DNA of 64,000 bases from Nitrospirales bacterium (GTDB taxonomy: Bacteria; Nitrospirota; Nitrospiria; Nitrospirales; UBA8639), in contig CBDCWC010000003.1 of NCBI GenBank assembly GCA_965223295.1, forward strand, positions 1,120,001 to 1,184,000. The letters run 5' to 3'. A model generated the notes under the pieces. The model saw only the letters and a list, made by a program, of their open reading frames with translations, was not told the DNA's origin and did no database searches. A program made the translations under genes and the position numbers. Every line of letters begins with the position of its first letter. The first letter of the stretch is position 1. Of this stretch, positions 9,959-20,444 are shown piece by piece.

Positions 9959-10876
9959 CGGAATTCCAGAGGTGCTAGAAGGTTACCTTTTCCGAAAGAC
10001 TCTGCGCTGGTAGCACACATTCCTAAGTTTCGTTTCTTTAGTTATTCGCTATTGAATTAACGAAATCAGCCTCCACAGTTACCACTCAAATTCCCTCTAT
10101 GAGGACACAGAGATCATGCGCCTAGATGGGCTTGGGACAAGGGCAGGAAAAATAGAGCTGTCCTGGTATAGGAAGAAGACGAGTCAAATTGTTGTTCTTG
10201 AGTCAAATCGAAACTGTTGGCATTCATCGTTGGAGACGGGCTTCTACCAAGAAGAAGACCACGAGTCTTCACTATAGAACCTTCTGCACACTCAGTATTA
10301 CCCCACAATTACAGATTTGTCTCTTACTTTTATTCTGACATCGACAGTCCTAGGCGACAATAGTCCGTTGGCTGCTTTTGTACCTCATTACATGGGAAAA
10401 GACATATTACAAACTTCCTGCGAGGAAGGTGATTGGCTGGTAATGTCTCTTTGCCAACTTGCTGGAAGGGGTCTTTGTGCCTCTGCCTCCGTTGAGGGCT
10501 TCGTTCAAGAGTAAGTTCTTCACCTTTAAGTTCTTATAATAAGGTAAGTGGTTTTTTCGTGTTGCTGGAAATGGCCGATCCCCCTTCCGGTTTGATTCCC
10601 TATCCGTTTAGGGAATTTTGCCGTGAATCTCAACGGTATTGGTACCTCAACACGATGAATGATTCAGGGCGCCCAAATGCGACCTGCCCAAAACGTACAT
10701 ACCGCCCTTTCCAGCTCGTGCCCAACGATATCGCGCAACCTATTACAAGAAAGATGATGCTGAATGCCCTGATTTTGCTTGCTCAAGAGTTGTTCTCTCT
10801 TCAATCAGGCCCGTATAATGGCGTGGAAGTTGTGTTTCGATTTTTCCCACGGCATTTCTAAAGCTAGGATGACTTC

Positions 10877-11689
10877 ATGAAGGGTCAAGAATACGGCATT
10901 GAACAATTTCGAGTAGCCGAAGAACCGTTTTACCAGGAGGTGAATGGGGAGGTGGGCCTGTTTTCAGTCGGAGCTAAGAATCACATTCCTATCATGCTCA
11001 AAGGGCCAACCGGATGCGGGAAGACCCGCTTTGTGCAACACATGGCCCATCAACTCAATCGGCCACTCATCACGGTGGCCTGCCATGAAGATTTAACAGC
11101 ATCAGATCTGATTGGCCGCTATCTCTTAAAGGGCGAAGAAACGGTCTGGGTCGATGGACCATTGACCCTCGGCGTCAAACATGGAGCCATAGTCTATTTA
11201 GATGAAGTGGTTGAAGCTCGTAAGGACACGACCGTCTTGATTCATCCTTTGAGTGATGACCGCCGTTTTTTACCTATTGAGAAAAAAGGCCAGGTCATTC
11301 AGGCAGTGGACGAGTTTCTGCTGGTCATTTCGTATAATCCCGGCTATCAGTCGGTTCTCAAAGAACTTAAACAAAGCACCAAGCAGCGGTTTATGGCTAT
11401 TGAATTTGGGTATCCACCAAAAGAGACCGAAATTCGTATCGTCGAACACGAGGCCAAGATTTCCAAAGACATGGCTACGCGCCTGGTTAAGCTTGGAGAA
11501 AAAGTGCGTAATCTTCGGAGTCATGGGTTAGAAGAAGGAGTCAGTACGCGATTACTTATTTATGCCGGAACCTTAATTGAGCAGGGCGTGACACCGGCCC
11601 ACGCCTGCGATGCGGCCATTACCCGACCTATTACCGATGACCTCGACATGCAACGAAGTATTCAGGAATTGATCAAAGCCATTTTTTAG
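10877..11689 (+). CDS. CbbQ/NirQ/NorQ family AAA+ ATPase
   Basis: [61 protein letters not shown]. Confidence 0.93.
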   Translation: MKGQEYGIEQFRVAEEPFYQEVNGEVGLFSVGAKNHIPIMLKGPTGCGKTRFVQHMAHQLNRPLITVACHEDLTASDLIGRYLLKGEETVWVDGPLTLGVKHGAIVYLDEVVEARKDTTVLIHPLSDDRRFLPIEKKGQVIQAVDEFLLVISYNPGYQSVLKELKQSTKQRFMAIEFGYPPKETEIRIVEHEAKISKDMATRLVKLGEKVRNLRSHGLEEGVSTRLLIYAGTLIEQGVTPAHACDAAITRPITDDLDMQRSIQELIKAIF

Positions 11690-11754
11690 ATTCGGGTACA
11701 ACGTAATCGGACGGCTCTGGGAGACCTTGTACCCTCGCTTCTCCTCACTCTTCT

Positions 11755-12636
11755 ATGTTGAATCAGCCTCACAATATCATCGCGTTGGTGTACGATTTCG
11801 ATCATACGCTGAGCCCGCATTACATGCAGGACCATACAATCCTTCGGCACGCCGACATCAACCCCAAAGAATTCTGGCCAAGCTGTACGGCATTGATTAA
11901 TGAAAAAGGCTACGATCAAGAACTGGCGTATATGAAACGCATGTTGGAGATCGAGACCATTCGATCTCTATCCAATAAGGATCTCGAACTGATGGGCGCC
12001 AATCTGACATTTTTCCCCGGCGTCCCTGAGTGCTTTGAAGAACTCAATGCCTTATTCAGTCCCGAAGAATACGAAGAGCTGGGGATTCGATTGGAGCATT
12101 ACGTGGTAAGTTCCGGACTCAAAGCCATTTTGGACGGGAGCCAGATTGCCCAGTACGTTAAAGCCATCTTTGGCTGTGAATTTGACGAAGACGATGGACA
12201 TATTAATTTTCCCAAGCGAACGATCAGCCACACACAAAAAACTCAATTTCTCTTTCGTGTCAACAAAGGCTTACTGGAGATGGAGCAGGACGTGAATGAC
12301 CACATGCCCGAAGAGGCCCGTCGAGTTCCCTTCCGGCATATGATATATGTGGGAGATGGTCCTACCGATGTTCCCTGTTTCACGCTGATGAAGAAAAATG
12401 GAGGCTTTGCCGTCGCCGTGTACAACGCCGAGGATCATTCGAGACGATCATTTGAAAAATGTTATCAACTCGCCCATCATGCCGACCGTGTGCATTTCAT
12501 GGCACCAGCAGATTATCGAGCTGGAAGCCACCTACGACTCATCCTTGAGCAACATATCAAAGAAATCGCCAATGGTGTCCTCGAGGAACGGCGTCAGGGC
12601 GCGGAAAAAATACGCGTTCCCGCACCCACTCCATAA
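11755..12636 (+). CDS. HAD-superfamily hydrolase
   Basis: YDFDHTL motif I, VVSSG, KTQFLFRVNKG, YVGDGPTD. Confidence 0.88.
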   Translation: MLNQPHNIIALVYDFDHTLSPHYMQDHTILRHADINPKEFWPSCTALINEKGYDQELAYMKRMLEIETIRSLSNKDLELMGANLTFFPGVPECFEELNALFSPEEYEELGIRLEHYVVSSGLKAILDGSQIAQYVKAIFGCEFDEDDGHINFPKRTISHTQKTQFLFRVNKGLLEMEQDVNDHMPEEARRVPFRHMIYVGDGPTDVPCFTLMKKNGGFAVAVYNAEDHSRRSFEKCYQLAHHADRVHFMAPADYRAGSHLRLILEQHIKEIANGVLEERRQGAEKIRVPAPTP

Positions 12637-12780
12637 TGTAATGCCGTTCATCATTCAAGGTTCTTCGCTGAGCCAATCAGCTCTCTCCATTGCACAACAC
12701 TTTTACGGTCGAGTAAGGTATAAGAAAAGAACTCATCCTCCATACCTTTTATTAGGCGGTTGTCTATGCATCGATCATTT

Positions 12781-13365
12781 ATGTCTACGTTCTATAGAAG
12801 TATCACCCTGTTCCTTTTTCTGAGTCTTTTTAGTAGTCTCTCTTGGGCAGGTGACCCCTTTGGGAATACCTCTCAGACCCCTAAACCCAATTCTCCCAGA
12901 GACCTTGCGTTTGATCAGGTCAACTGGAATCGCATTCAAGGCGTTTTTAGCTGGATCACTATGGCTCGAGGGTTTAGTGATACGCCCTGGGATTCATCAG
13001 AGGGAAGGCCAGGATGGAGGACTATGGAAGATGCTTATGTCAGACCCATTGACCCTGGCGTGTCTGAATTTCCCGTTGAGACCGAAGCATTTTATATAGT
13101 CTTTGAAGGACAACCCTTAGATGCCCCCGCGCAATTTGCCGCAGCCTGGTTTGAAATGAAGGATGGGGAAATTGTGTCCGATACGCCGGTGGACAAAGAT
13201 GTCATTGAATTGGACATGAACCAGCGCTTTGGATATTTCGAAATCTACCAGCCTGAAGAAGGCTGGAAGCCTGGAAACTACTTGGTCAAAATCTACTACG
13301 GTTCGCCTGGGCAAGACCTCCATGCCATCAATGTCGTCGGCACCATGCAATTCACCATTAACTAA
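12781..13365 (+). CDS. Exported hypothetical protein
   Basis: Signal peptide ending SLSWA; beta-rich C-terminus (GWKPGNYLVKIY). Confidence 0.7.
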   Translation: MSTFYRSITLFLFLSLFSSLSWAGDPFGNTSQTPKPNSPRDLAFDQVNWNRIQGVFSWITMARGFSDTPWDSSEGRPGWRTMEDAYVRPIDPGVSEFPVETEAFYIVFEGQPLDAPAQFAAAWFEMKDGEIVSDTPVDKDVIELDMNQRFGYFEIYQPEEGWKPGNYLVKIYYGSPGQDLHAINVVGTMQFTIN

Positions 13366-13384
13366 CAACATATTTATCTGCATT

Positions 13385-13455
13385 AGGGGTCAGACTCGAA
13401 TTAATTCCAGCAAAGAAACAGGATTGGATATGAAATTAATTCGAGTCTGACCCCT
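13385..13455. repeat. Perfect 22-bp inverted repeat between convergent genes (REP-like / bidirectional terminator)
   Basis: AGGGGTCAGACTCGAATTAATT 13385-13406 and its reverse complement 13434-13455, 27-nt spacer. Confidence 0.85.
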
Positions 13456-13471
13456 TTTTATCAGATAGCTA

Positions 13472-15106
13472 TTACTGCGACAGATTTGGTGCAGGAGTTT
13501 GGGAAAGAGACTTGGAGTCAGAAGGGCGGCGAGAGCGAATGATCTCTTCGAGGGTGAGCAGGGTATCACGGCCCGAATTGGTTTCGAATCCTTTGGAGAG
13601 GCTGGTATCAGCGTAGGTGTGGCCATGCTGTTGGGTGGCACTTTGTTGGCTCAGGCTGCCGGACCAGGGGCGAGGATCCTGCGACCCATGTTTGCGATTC
13701 CAAGCGGCGAGGCAAGCCTTGGCAATAATTTTGTTAAGGGGGGCAGGGTTGTAGAGCATTTTTTTGATGTTCCAAGGCGTGAGGCTCAGCGGATTGTAGC
13801 CATTCGAGAGGTAACCTTCAGACAACAAACGTTCTTCAAGATCGGTATTAGGCTGGATGCCCAAGAAAAACATCAAGGGAAAAACGCGCTCTTCACCTAA
13901 AATCGAAGCGACCATCTTATAGGATTCAACACTTTGCAATAGCGTCTCTTCGGTTTCGTCAGGGGAATTCAGCGAATAATTCAGGATCACTCGCCCATTG
14001 AATCCTGCCTCTTTGAGATGGCGGCACCCATCATAGAGATGTTCCAACTTAAATCCCATATGCAAACTGTTGAGTACCTTTTGTGACCCCGCCGTAACTG
14101 CCACCTCTAAATCACCGACGCCTGATTGCACCATCAGTTTGGCTAATTGAGCATTAATTAGGGAGGTCCGAACATATCCTGACCATTCAATGCCTAATTT
14201 TTCTGAAACAATGCGCTCAAGAATTTCGGTGCATTGGGGGTAGGCGTCTTTGCCGGTGATAAATTGTGCATCGGTAAACCAGAACCGACGAGCCCCCCAT
14301 TGATGATAGTACTGCGAAATGTCCTGTACCACATTTTCCGCTGGCCGATACCGGACACGTTTCCCTTCGATATAGGGATAGAGACAAAAGGCACAATCAT
14401 AGGGACAGCCGCGCTTACTCTGCACACCAATACATTCACCAATATATTCAGTGTATTGAGGAAAAATCGAAGTCAAATATGGAATATCGACTGATAAGGA
14501 ATCCAATAAGGCTGGGGTATGCTTTGTCCCTTTGGTGACTCGCCCCTGTTCTCGAATGATGAACCGTTCTTCACTCAGGGACTCTCCATTGAGAACTTTC
14601 AGAATCGCATCTTCGCCTTCGCCTAAAATCCCGACGATACCTTCGGGCAGTTTTTCAATCAGTTGATCCGAAAAGGCTGTGAATGCTCCACCTCCAATCA
14701 TCATTTTGGCAGCAGGAAATTCTTTTTGAACTAACCAGGGATAGGAAAGATTTTTTTTAATATCCGTGTAATAGCGATACAAGTTTCGTAACCCTTGGAC
14801 AGAAGCAATCGCACGCTTAAATGGGTTGCTCGCATAGTAGAAATTGAAGGCATGTTCAAGCGAAGCATCTCCCTCATGTGGGGAAAAGATTTGAATATCC
14901 CGCCATGAAAAACACACCAACTCAGGCTGAAATGCTGACGTCGCTTCACGGAGTTTGGCTTGACGTTGATTAGGAGGGAAGAGAGACAGATCTAAAATCT
15001 GTTGACGAACATCCGGGCGACGGCGATGGATAAAGTCGGCCAGATAGGTAATCCCTGTGGGATAAACTTTTTTGCAAGGCAGGAAGACATAGAGCACGGA
15101 ATCCAT
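13472..15106 (-). CDS. B12-binding-domain radical SAM protein (cyanobacterial Slr0320-like)
   Basis: KRGCPYDCAFCLY (CxxxCxxC); N-terminal B12-binding-like region (P.G..YLAD, FSWRDIQ, IGGGA). Confidence 0.85.
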   Translation of the reverse strand: MDSVLYVFLPCKKVYPTGITYLADFIHRRRPDVRQQILDLSLFPPNQRQAKLREATSAFQPELVCFSWRDIQIFSPHEGDASLEHAFNFYYASNPFKRAIASVQGLRNLYRYYTDIKKNLSYPWLVQKEFPAAKMMIGGGAFTAFSDQLIEKLPEGIVGILGEGEDAILKVLNGESLSEERFIIREQGRVTKGTKHTPALLDSLSVDIPYLTSIFPQYTEYIGECIGVQSKRGCPYDCAFCLYPYIEGKRVRYRPAENVVQDISQYYHQWGARRFWFTDAQFITGKDAYPQCTEILERIVSEKLGIEWSGYVRTSLINAQLAKLMVQSGVGDLEVAVTAGSQKVLNSLHMGFKLEHLYDGCRHLKEAGFNGRVILNYSLNSPDETEETLLQSVESYKMVASILGEERVFPLMFFLGIQPNTDLEERLLSEGYLSNGYNPLSLTPWNIKKMLYNPAPLNKIIAKACLAAWNRKHGSQDPRPWSGSLSQQSATQQHGHTYADTSLSKGFETNSGRDTLLTLEEIIRSRRPSDSKSLSQTPAPNLSQ

Positions 15107-15110
15107 GAGC

Positions 15111-15860
15111 TTATTTCACCGCCACATGGATCGCCACGATACCACCCGTGAGATTGTGATAGTCCACGCTTTCAAAGCCCGCATCGTTCAACATGCCACA
15201 TAGTCGTTGTTGATCCGGAAAATTCCGAATTGAGGCCGGTAAATATTCGTACACCCCTGTCCCATCTCTTGCCACAACCGTTCCGATCCAGGGCAAGAGA
15301 TGAAAGGAATACCAATCATAAAGCTTGCGAAATCCTGCTGAAACGGGCCGGGAGAATTCCAAACAGACAAAGCGCCCTCCAGGTTTCAACACACGGCATA
15401 TTTCATTCAAAGCTTTCGGCAGATTGCCCACATTGCGAACGCAAAATCCGGCCGTCACGGTCTCAAACGAATGATCAGGAAAGGTGAGATGTTCCGCGTT
15501 CATTTGGAGACATGAAATTCGGTTTGCTAATTTCTGCGAACGAACTTTTTGTTGGCCTACCCGCAGCATAGCCCCATTCAAATCAGCAGCTATGATTGTT
15601 GAAGAACATTGAAGGTGACGATCTAACAAGATAGCCAGATCGCAGGTCCCAGCTCCCAAGTCTAACGCTCGCGTATTTGGCTGTGTGGGAATATGCGCGA
15701 TTGCCTTCCGTTTCCAAGAATGATGCAGGCCGAAACTAAGAAGGGAATTGTTCAGGTCATAAAATCGGGCAATGGCCGTAAACATCCGCTGAACGGCCTG
15801 TTCCCGGGCGGGACCGGTCCAAGTGGAAGCAGCTTTACCTGGGATTTGCGAATTCTCCAT
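15111..15860 (-). CDS. ubiE: UbiE/MenG family quinone C-methyltransferase
   Basis: MF..IA..YD..N..LSFGLHHSW, LDLGAGTCD, RVLKPGG, YEYLPASI..FP, LTGGIVAIH. Start moved to ATG 15860 because the upstream extension lies in a repeat. Confidence 0.92.
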   Translation of the reverse strand: MENSQIPGKAASTWTGPAREQAVQRMFTAIARFYDLNNSLLSFGLHHSWKRKAIAHIPTQPNTRALDLGAGTCDLAILLDRHLQCSSTIIAADLNGAMLRVGQQKVRSQKLANRISCLQMNAEHLTFPDHSFETVTAGFCVRNVGNLPKALNEICRVLKPGGRFVCLEFSRPVSAGFRKLYDWYSFHLLPWIGTVVARDGTGVYEYLPASIRNFPDQQRLCGMLNDAGFESVDYHNLTGGIVAIHVAVK

Positions 15861-15918
15861 AACAGGAGCCATCCACAGGAGGTAGCACCCGCTCTCGCGC
15901 TTTGTCAAGAATCCGGAT

Positions 15919-16039
15919 GGGTCTGTTGAAAAAAGCCACGAGCGGCGTTCTCGCCATTGTTCCGTGCTCACGTCATGCCAGGACGCTCCGCGCGCAAAAA
16001 GGGCTGCGGCCTTGCTGGACGGACTTTTTGAACCGACCC
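15919..16039 (+). repeat. Family-1 MITE/REP-like repeat
   Basis: CTGTTGAAAAAAGCC...GCGCGCAAAAAGGGCTGCGGCCTTGCTGGACGGACTTTTTGA, near-identical to the copy at 32753. Confidence 0.85.
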
Positions 16040-16134
16040 GACGCTATTGATCACCAAGAGCTATCTAGTGAAATATGGCCTTTGATATCCTCATACTCCC
16101 AGGATCTAATCTGAAAGAGACATCAACATTCTAC

Positions 16135-17343
16135 CTATTGGAGTTTCTTCTTCTCCCAACGGAATGCCCAAACAGCGAGGTGCTCATCTGATTGGGACTC
16201 TTTTTCAAAATGGAGAAAGACTTTTCTAACTGGATCATACTGAGTGAGATAGTTCATGCCATATAAGGGAGGACTGAGAATCTTGAGTCTAGCCCATGAC
16301 TGCGTCGAGCTATCATACAAAAATGTCATGCTCTTGCCGGAAGGGTTACTGTAGGGATTGGAGGAATCATTTGCGAGATAGAGCAAGACATTCTGGTGGG
16401 TATCATAGGCCATTGCCGCGCCGTTGGCTGGAAGTGAAGGTGGGTTTTTGACCCGAACTTGTTCCCAACTCTGTTCAGAAGTGGAATATCGCCAAAGATC
16501 ATGACCACCTTTATTATTACCAAAAGACAACACTTGTGCATTCCCTGTGTCAAAGACAAGCCTCTGATGCCAACCGGGGGCCGAAGAAGCCTGATACATG
16601 TTCCAACTGTTACTCACCAGGTCAAAGTGAAACGTTGACGATCCATCGTGACCAATAAATTGATCCGTTTCGGAATTCCACACTAAGCCATGCGAAAAGA
16701 GAAAAGGAGAAGATATGTTGAGTAATTCCCAGTGCTTTGAATCCGGGTCATACCACCACGTAGTGGATTTGAGCCTTTGTGGGTTGACCCCTCTTCTTTG
16801 AAGTTGGCTTTTGGCTCGATGGGCATGCTTGGGATATCCGACAAACAAGAGGCGACCCGATGGTGGATGATAATCCAAGGTATCAAAAGCATGCATCGCC
16901 CATGGCCTCCCATTACGAGTTACTGGAAAGCCTTCTGGCGTTACCAAATAGGTATCAATAGCATCAGGCGCATAATCCCTTGACCAACGTAAATTTTCCA
17001 AATGTAAACGAGTGACACTATTATCGTAATCCACCTCATGGGTATCCGCGCCGAAAAAGAACACTTCGTTACGATCGACCGCAATTGACGCGGCTCCATG
17101 AAAGATTTTTATGGGCGCCTCTCCACAAGCGTCTAATTTAACCCAGGTGTTGGAATTTATGGTCTCCCAATCAAATGACGGACATTGCGCCATAATATCT
17201 GAGGAATCTGGTGTTCGGTTAGAGAACACACATGCATTTATGACCATGGAAAAACTAACAAGTGCTATGTGGCTATAAAAGAAGAGGCGTGAACTCAAAA
17301 TGGGGAGAGTTTTAAATAAACAACGTTGTTTCAGCTCCGGCAC
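16135..17343 (-). CDS. Kelch-like/beta-propeller exported protein (start uncertain)
   Basis: Repeated FG/GG...W.YD....W blade motifs; hydrophobic N-terminus with possible lipobox INAC. Confidence 0.7.
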   Translation of the reverse strand: MPELKQRCLFKTLPILSSRLFFYSHIALVSFSMVINACVFSNRTPDSSDIMAQCPSFDWETINSNTWVKLDACGEAPIKIFHGAASIAVDRNEVFFFGADTHEVDYDNSVTRLHLENLRWSRDYAPDAIDTYLVTPEGFPVTRNGRPWAMHAFDTLDYHPPSGRLLFVGYPKHAHRAKSQLQRRGVNPQRLKSTTWWYDPDSKHWELLNISSPFLFSHGLVWNSETDQFIGHDGSSTFHFDLVSNSWNMYQASSAPGWHQRLVFDTGNAQVLSFGNNKGGHDLWRYSTSEQSWEQVRVKNPPSLPANGAAMAYDTHQNVLLYLANDSSNPYSNPSGKSMTFLYDSSTQSWARLKILSPPLYGMNYLTQYDPVRKVFLHFEKESQSDEHLAVWAFRWEKKKLQ

Positions 17344-17755
17344 AGGCAGCCAGAATGGCAGGGAGACCCATCACTTCATCAACGCCGTCATTCACGGCTT
17401 GGGCATCGACACCCATATATTCCAGACCCGCACTACAGGCCACAAGTCTAAACTGCCCCACTTGTTTGGCTTCTTGAAACATGTCTGAAATTAACGGGAC
17501 CTTCCGTTCACGAATGAGCCGAGCTACTTCGGGAGCTTGCGCAGCATATTCTGGGGGGAAATCTAATTCGTTAAGGCGGCCTTCGGCTAACTTCTTGATG
17601 GTCCAAAAGAGCAAGACAACAGTCACATCTTTGCCCATGGCCGCAGCGGTTAATCCCAAAGTGGCAACCTGGTGTAACTTGTCATATGTACCATTATGGG
17701 CATAAATGACAAACCGTGACTTTGATTTATCTAGGCTAGCAAACTTTGGACTCAC
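17312..17755 (-). CDS. DsrE/DsrF/DrsH-like family protein
   Basis: TAAAMGKDVTVVLLFW and LVACSAGLEYMG; ends TLFI. Confidence 0.8.
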   Translation of the reverse strand: MSPKFASLDKSKSRFVIYAHNGTYDKLHQVATLGLTAAAMGKDVTVVLLFWTIKKLAEGRLNELDFPPEYAAQAPEVARLIRERKVPLISDMFQEAKQVGQFRLVACSAGLEYMGVDAQAVNDGVDEVMGLPAILAACAGAETTLFI

Positions 17756-17830
17756 GAAGGTTAAGACTCCAGTTTCTAACGTGGGAATGGATGACGTAAG
17801 CAGATTCTTAGATAATTTAAGAGCATGGCC

Positions 17831-18565
17831 TTATCGTTTCGCAGGACGAATGAGGGCAGGAGGTTTCCGCCTTACGAGTGTCCAATCATCTTCTTCGTAC
17901 AGCAAACAACATTTGAGACGGCCACACACACCAATACGATGACTATCCATATTCCCCATCGGACCATCGCCACGACCACGCGGGTACACCGGCTTAAAAT
18001 CCGTCAAAAAACTCGAGCAACATAACACCAACCCACAGGTATCCACGCCACTGATACGCCCAGCTTCCTCACGTGATGAAATTTGCCGCATTTCGATCCG
18101 GCAACCAAACCGGCGTGCGAGATCTTTGACCAATTGACGAAAATCAATCCGTTCATCAGCAGTGTAAGTAAAGGTCAACGATCGACGCAGAAACGAACCA
18201 AACACTTCGACCAACTTCATGTCTAAACCCAAGGATTCGATTAACTCCAAACAATAATCATGTCCCTCTTGAGCTAACCGCTGCTGACGAGCAATGGCCC
18301 GTTGGTCTTCTCCGTTTGCTTTACGAATTACAGACCGCATCGCCCGCATGGGCGGAGTAAAAGGCAAACGCTGAGGAGGGAGATAGACTTTGCCAAAGGA
18401 ATGGTCAGTTTCAAGGTCCAACAATACCCAATCACCGACGTTGATTGAAGAATCCTCAGTCCGAGTTTTCTTGACCTCTCCCAGATCCCGCACTTTTACT
18501 CCGATCACGATCACTTGATCAGGGTATGTTTCTTCTGCTCCTTCAAGATTTTCATCAGGTGCCAT
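17831..18565 (-). CDS. PSP1/RicT (YaaT-like) domain protein
   Basis: FTYTADERIDFRQLVKDLA, RIEMRQI, G..TCG..LCCSSFL, GVCGRLKCCLLYE. Confidence 0.9.
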   Translation of the reverse strand: MAPDENLEGAEETYPDQVIVIGVKVRDLGEVKKTRTEDSSINVGDWVLLDLETDHSFGKVYLPPQRLPFTPPMRAMRSVIRKANGEDQRAIARQQRLAQEGHDYCLELIESLGLDMKLVEVFGSFLRRSLTFTYTADERIDFRQLVKDLARRFGCRIEMRQISSREEAGRISGVDTCGLVLCCSSFLTDFKPVYPRGRGDGPMGNMDSHRIGVCGRLKCCLLYEEDDWTLVRRKPPALIRPAKR

Positions 18566-18699
18566 ACGTCATGCTCTCTATCAATAAGGATCAAGGTTTT
18601 CACACCTGGCCATCATACCGAACTTCCCTCAAGAGGCCAAGAGCAGAAGCTAGGAAGGCCATTGAACCGATGCCCTCATTACAAACAACACGAAGCGTT

Positions 18700-20319
18700 T
18701 TACTGCTGGTTTCGGAAAAAGGCTGGCGTCTCATGATCCAATTGAAAAAGCGTGACGGGAGCTAAAGGATCGGAAAGATGACGGATGACGGTCTCTCCTT
18801 TCGGGCCTGGCTGAAACACATCAAACGCTTGGCCGTGATGGTATCGGCAACCAAAGGGTTCCAAATCTTGTTTGAGGCCTTCTGGCGGATCCCAATGGGC
18901 AGTCAGCAAAGCCGTTCGGGCTGGATTGCGCGCGCTAAACATAAACGACAAATGATCGGGATACCAATCAGCGCCCCCGGTCGCATAGGAGACAAACTGT
19001 TTGGCTTGCGCCGTTTGACACAACTCCGAGAGATAGCCATTGGTGAGAAATCCGTTTTCCCCCACATCCAACCATTGCCCTGGATGGGAAAGACAGGCGT
19101 AGGCTGCATAGCTTCGAACTTCTTTGAGTTGCTGCTGCGAGGCAAAGACTAATTGAATGGGACCGTATTTCGTAACCAATTTTTTCATCACTTGATTTTG
19201 CAATGCAGAACGGCCGTCATTGGTCGGACCGCTATCGGCATGGACCAACACATTCCGTCCTCGGTCCACAATGAGATAACAATTGCGTGGGAGTTCCACA
19301 TCACAGGGATCTTCTCCATAGAACGGGACCGATATCACTTCCACTTCGCCTACTTGCCAGGATTCCCCATGCGCCATTTCTTTAACTTGGGTAAATCCCA
19401 ACTCCCTGAGTAACGAGAGATAATCATAGTGAAAGGTTTTGCGATTGCGCCGACTGGGGACAATAATCGGAATATCTTTTGGCAGATGATAGAGCGTGCG
19501 GGGATCCACATGATCGTCGTGATCATGCGTTAAGAAGATCGCAGACGGCTTGGGAAGCAAGTTGGCCCACAGGGATGGCACTGGCGCTTCAGCAAACCAC
19601 GGCATAAGCCACGGATCAAACCACAGAAAATGTTCCTCGTGCCGAGACATGAGGGCCGCATGCCCAATATGGACAACATCTTGATCCCCAATGACCTGAC
19701 GCCAATGGTCTTCCAGCGTAGATTGGGACGAAATTGCCAGACAATCATGGTCCTGCAACAGGGTAAAAAAACGAAGGAGTTGGGATTCCAAATCTCGCCC
19801 GCTGGCTTGGGCCACGGTTTGAATTTCACTCATCCTGTGACGCCCCGTGAGAAAACCTAAAAAATGTCCGACCTTTGGGCCAATTGGACGATCGAACCCG
19901 AATGGAATGGCCTGGCGGGCTACCGCATTGAAAATGCGTAATCCGCCATAGGTCATTGTGTCTGAAGCCGAAGGGTTTTTGGGATAATTCCACTGAAACG
20001 TGCCATCAGGTTTCCGCCCACATTGAATGTGTTGTTGTAATTGAGGACGAGTGGCGACTACTTCAGCATAGGCATCTTCCAAACGACGCCGAGTCTGGAC
20101 ATCATCAATCGATGTCCTTTTCGCCATAATATCGCTGATGGCAGTCTCAATCCCACTCATCATCACTTCATGGACTTGATGCAGGCTACGCACCACCTCC
20201 GGGTCCACTCCCCCTAAAAAAGGAAACGGACCAGGCGGTTCAGCACTTTCGAGCTGAACCCATACCCAAGGGCTGAGTCCTACAAAGAGATTGGCATCAA
20301 TGGTATTCCATGGATTCAT
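18700..20319 (-). CDS. Metallo-beta-lactamase-fold hydrolase with long N-terminal extension
   Basis: HIGHA, FDPW, THDHDDH. Confidence 0.82.
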   Translation of the reverse strand: MNPWNTIDANLFVGLSPWVWVQLESAEPPGPFPFLGGVDPEVVRSLHQVHEVMMSGIETAISDIMAKRTSIDDVQTRRRLEDAYAEVVATRPQLQQHIQCGRKPDGTFQWNYPKNPSASDTMTYGGLRIFNAVARQAIPFGFDRPIGPKVGHFLGFLTGRHRMSEIQTVAQASGRDLESQLLRFFTLLQDHDCLAISSQSTLEDHWRQVIGDQDVVHIGHAALMSRHEEHFLWFDPWLMPWFAEAPVPSLWANLLPKPSAIFLTHDHDDHVDPRTLYHLPKDIPIIVPSRRNRKTFHYDYLSLLRELGFTQVKEMAHGESWQVGEVEVISVPFYGEDPCDVELPRNCYLIVDRGRNVLVHADSGPTNDGRSALQNQVMKKLVTKYGPIQLVFASQQQLKEVRSYAAYACLSHPGQWLDVGENGFLTNGYLSELCQTAQAKQFVSYATGGADWYPDHLSFMFSARNPARTALLTAHWDPPEGLKQDLEPFGCRYHHGQAFDVFQPGPKGETVIRHLSDPLAPVTLFQLDHETPAFFRNQQ

Positions 20320-20336
20320 TTCTTTTTATTTCGTGA

Positions 20337-20374
20337 GGGGGCCGGTTGAAAAAAGCCGTCAGCGGCGTTCCTCG
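20337..20374 (+). repeat. Family-1 repeat, truncated left end
   Basis: GGTTGAAAAAAGCCGTCAGCGGCGTTC. Confidence 0.6.
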
Positions 20375-20444
20375 TCTTCAATTGAAATGGGCAAGGATCC
20401 TCAAAAGTCTTTCTTCCTTCCTGCTTTTCACTTCTTACTTCTTC

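Noticed and set aside
15861-16114. ubiE N-terminal extension and ORF 15902-16114 (also 24206-24400, 22708-22977, 30856-31116)
   Set aside because: These frames run through intergenic repeat elements.
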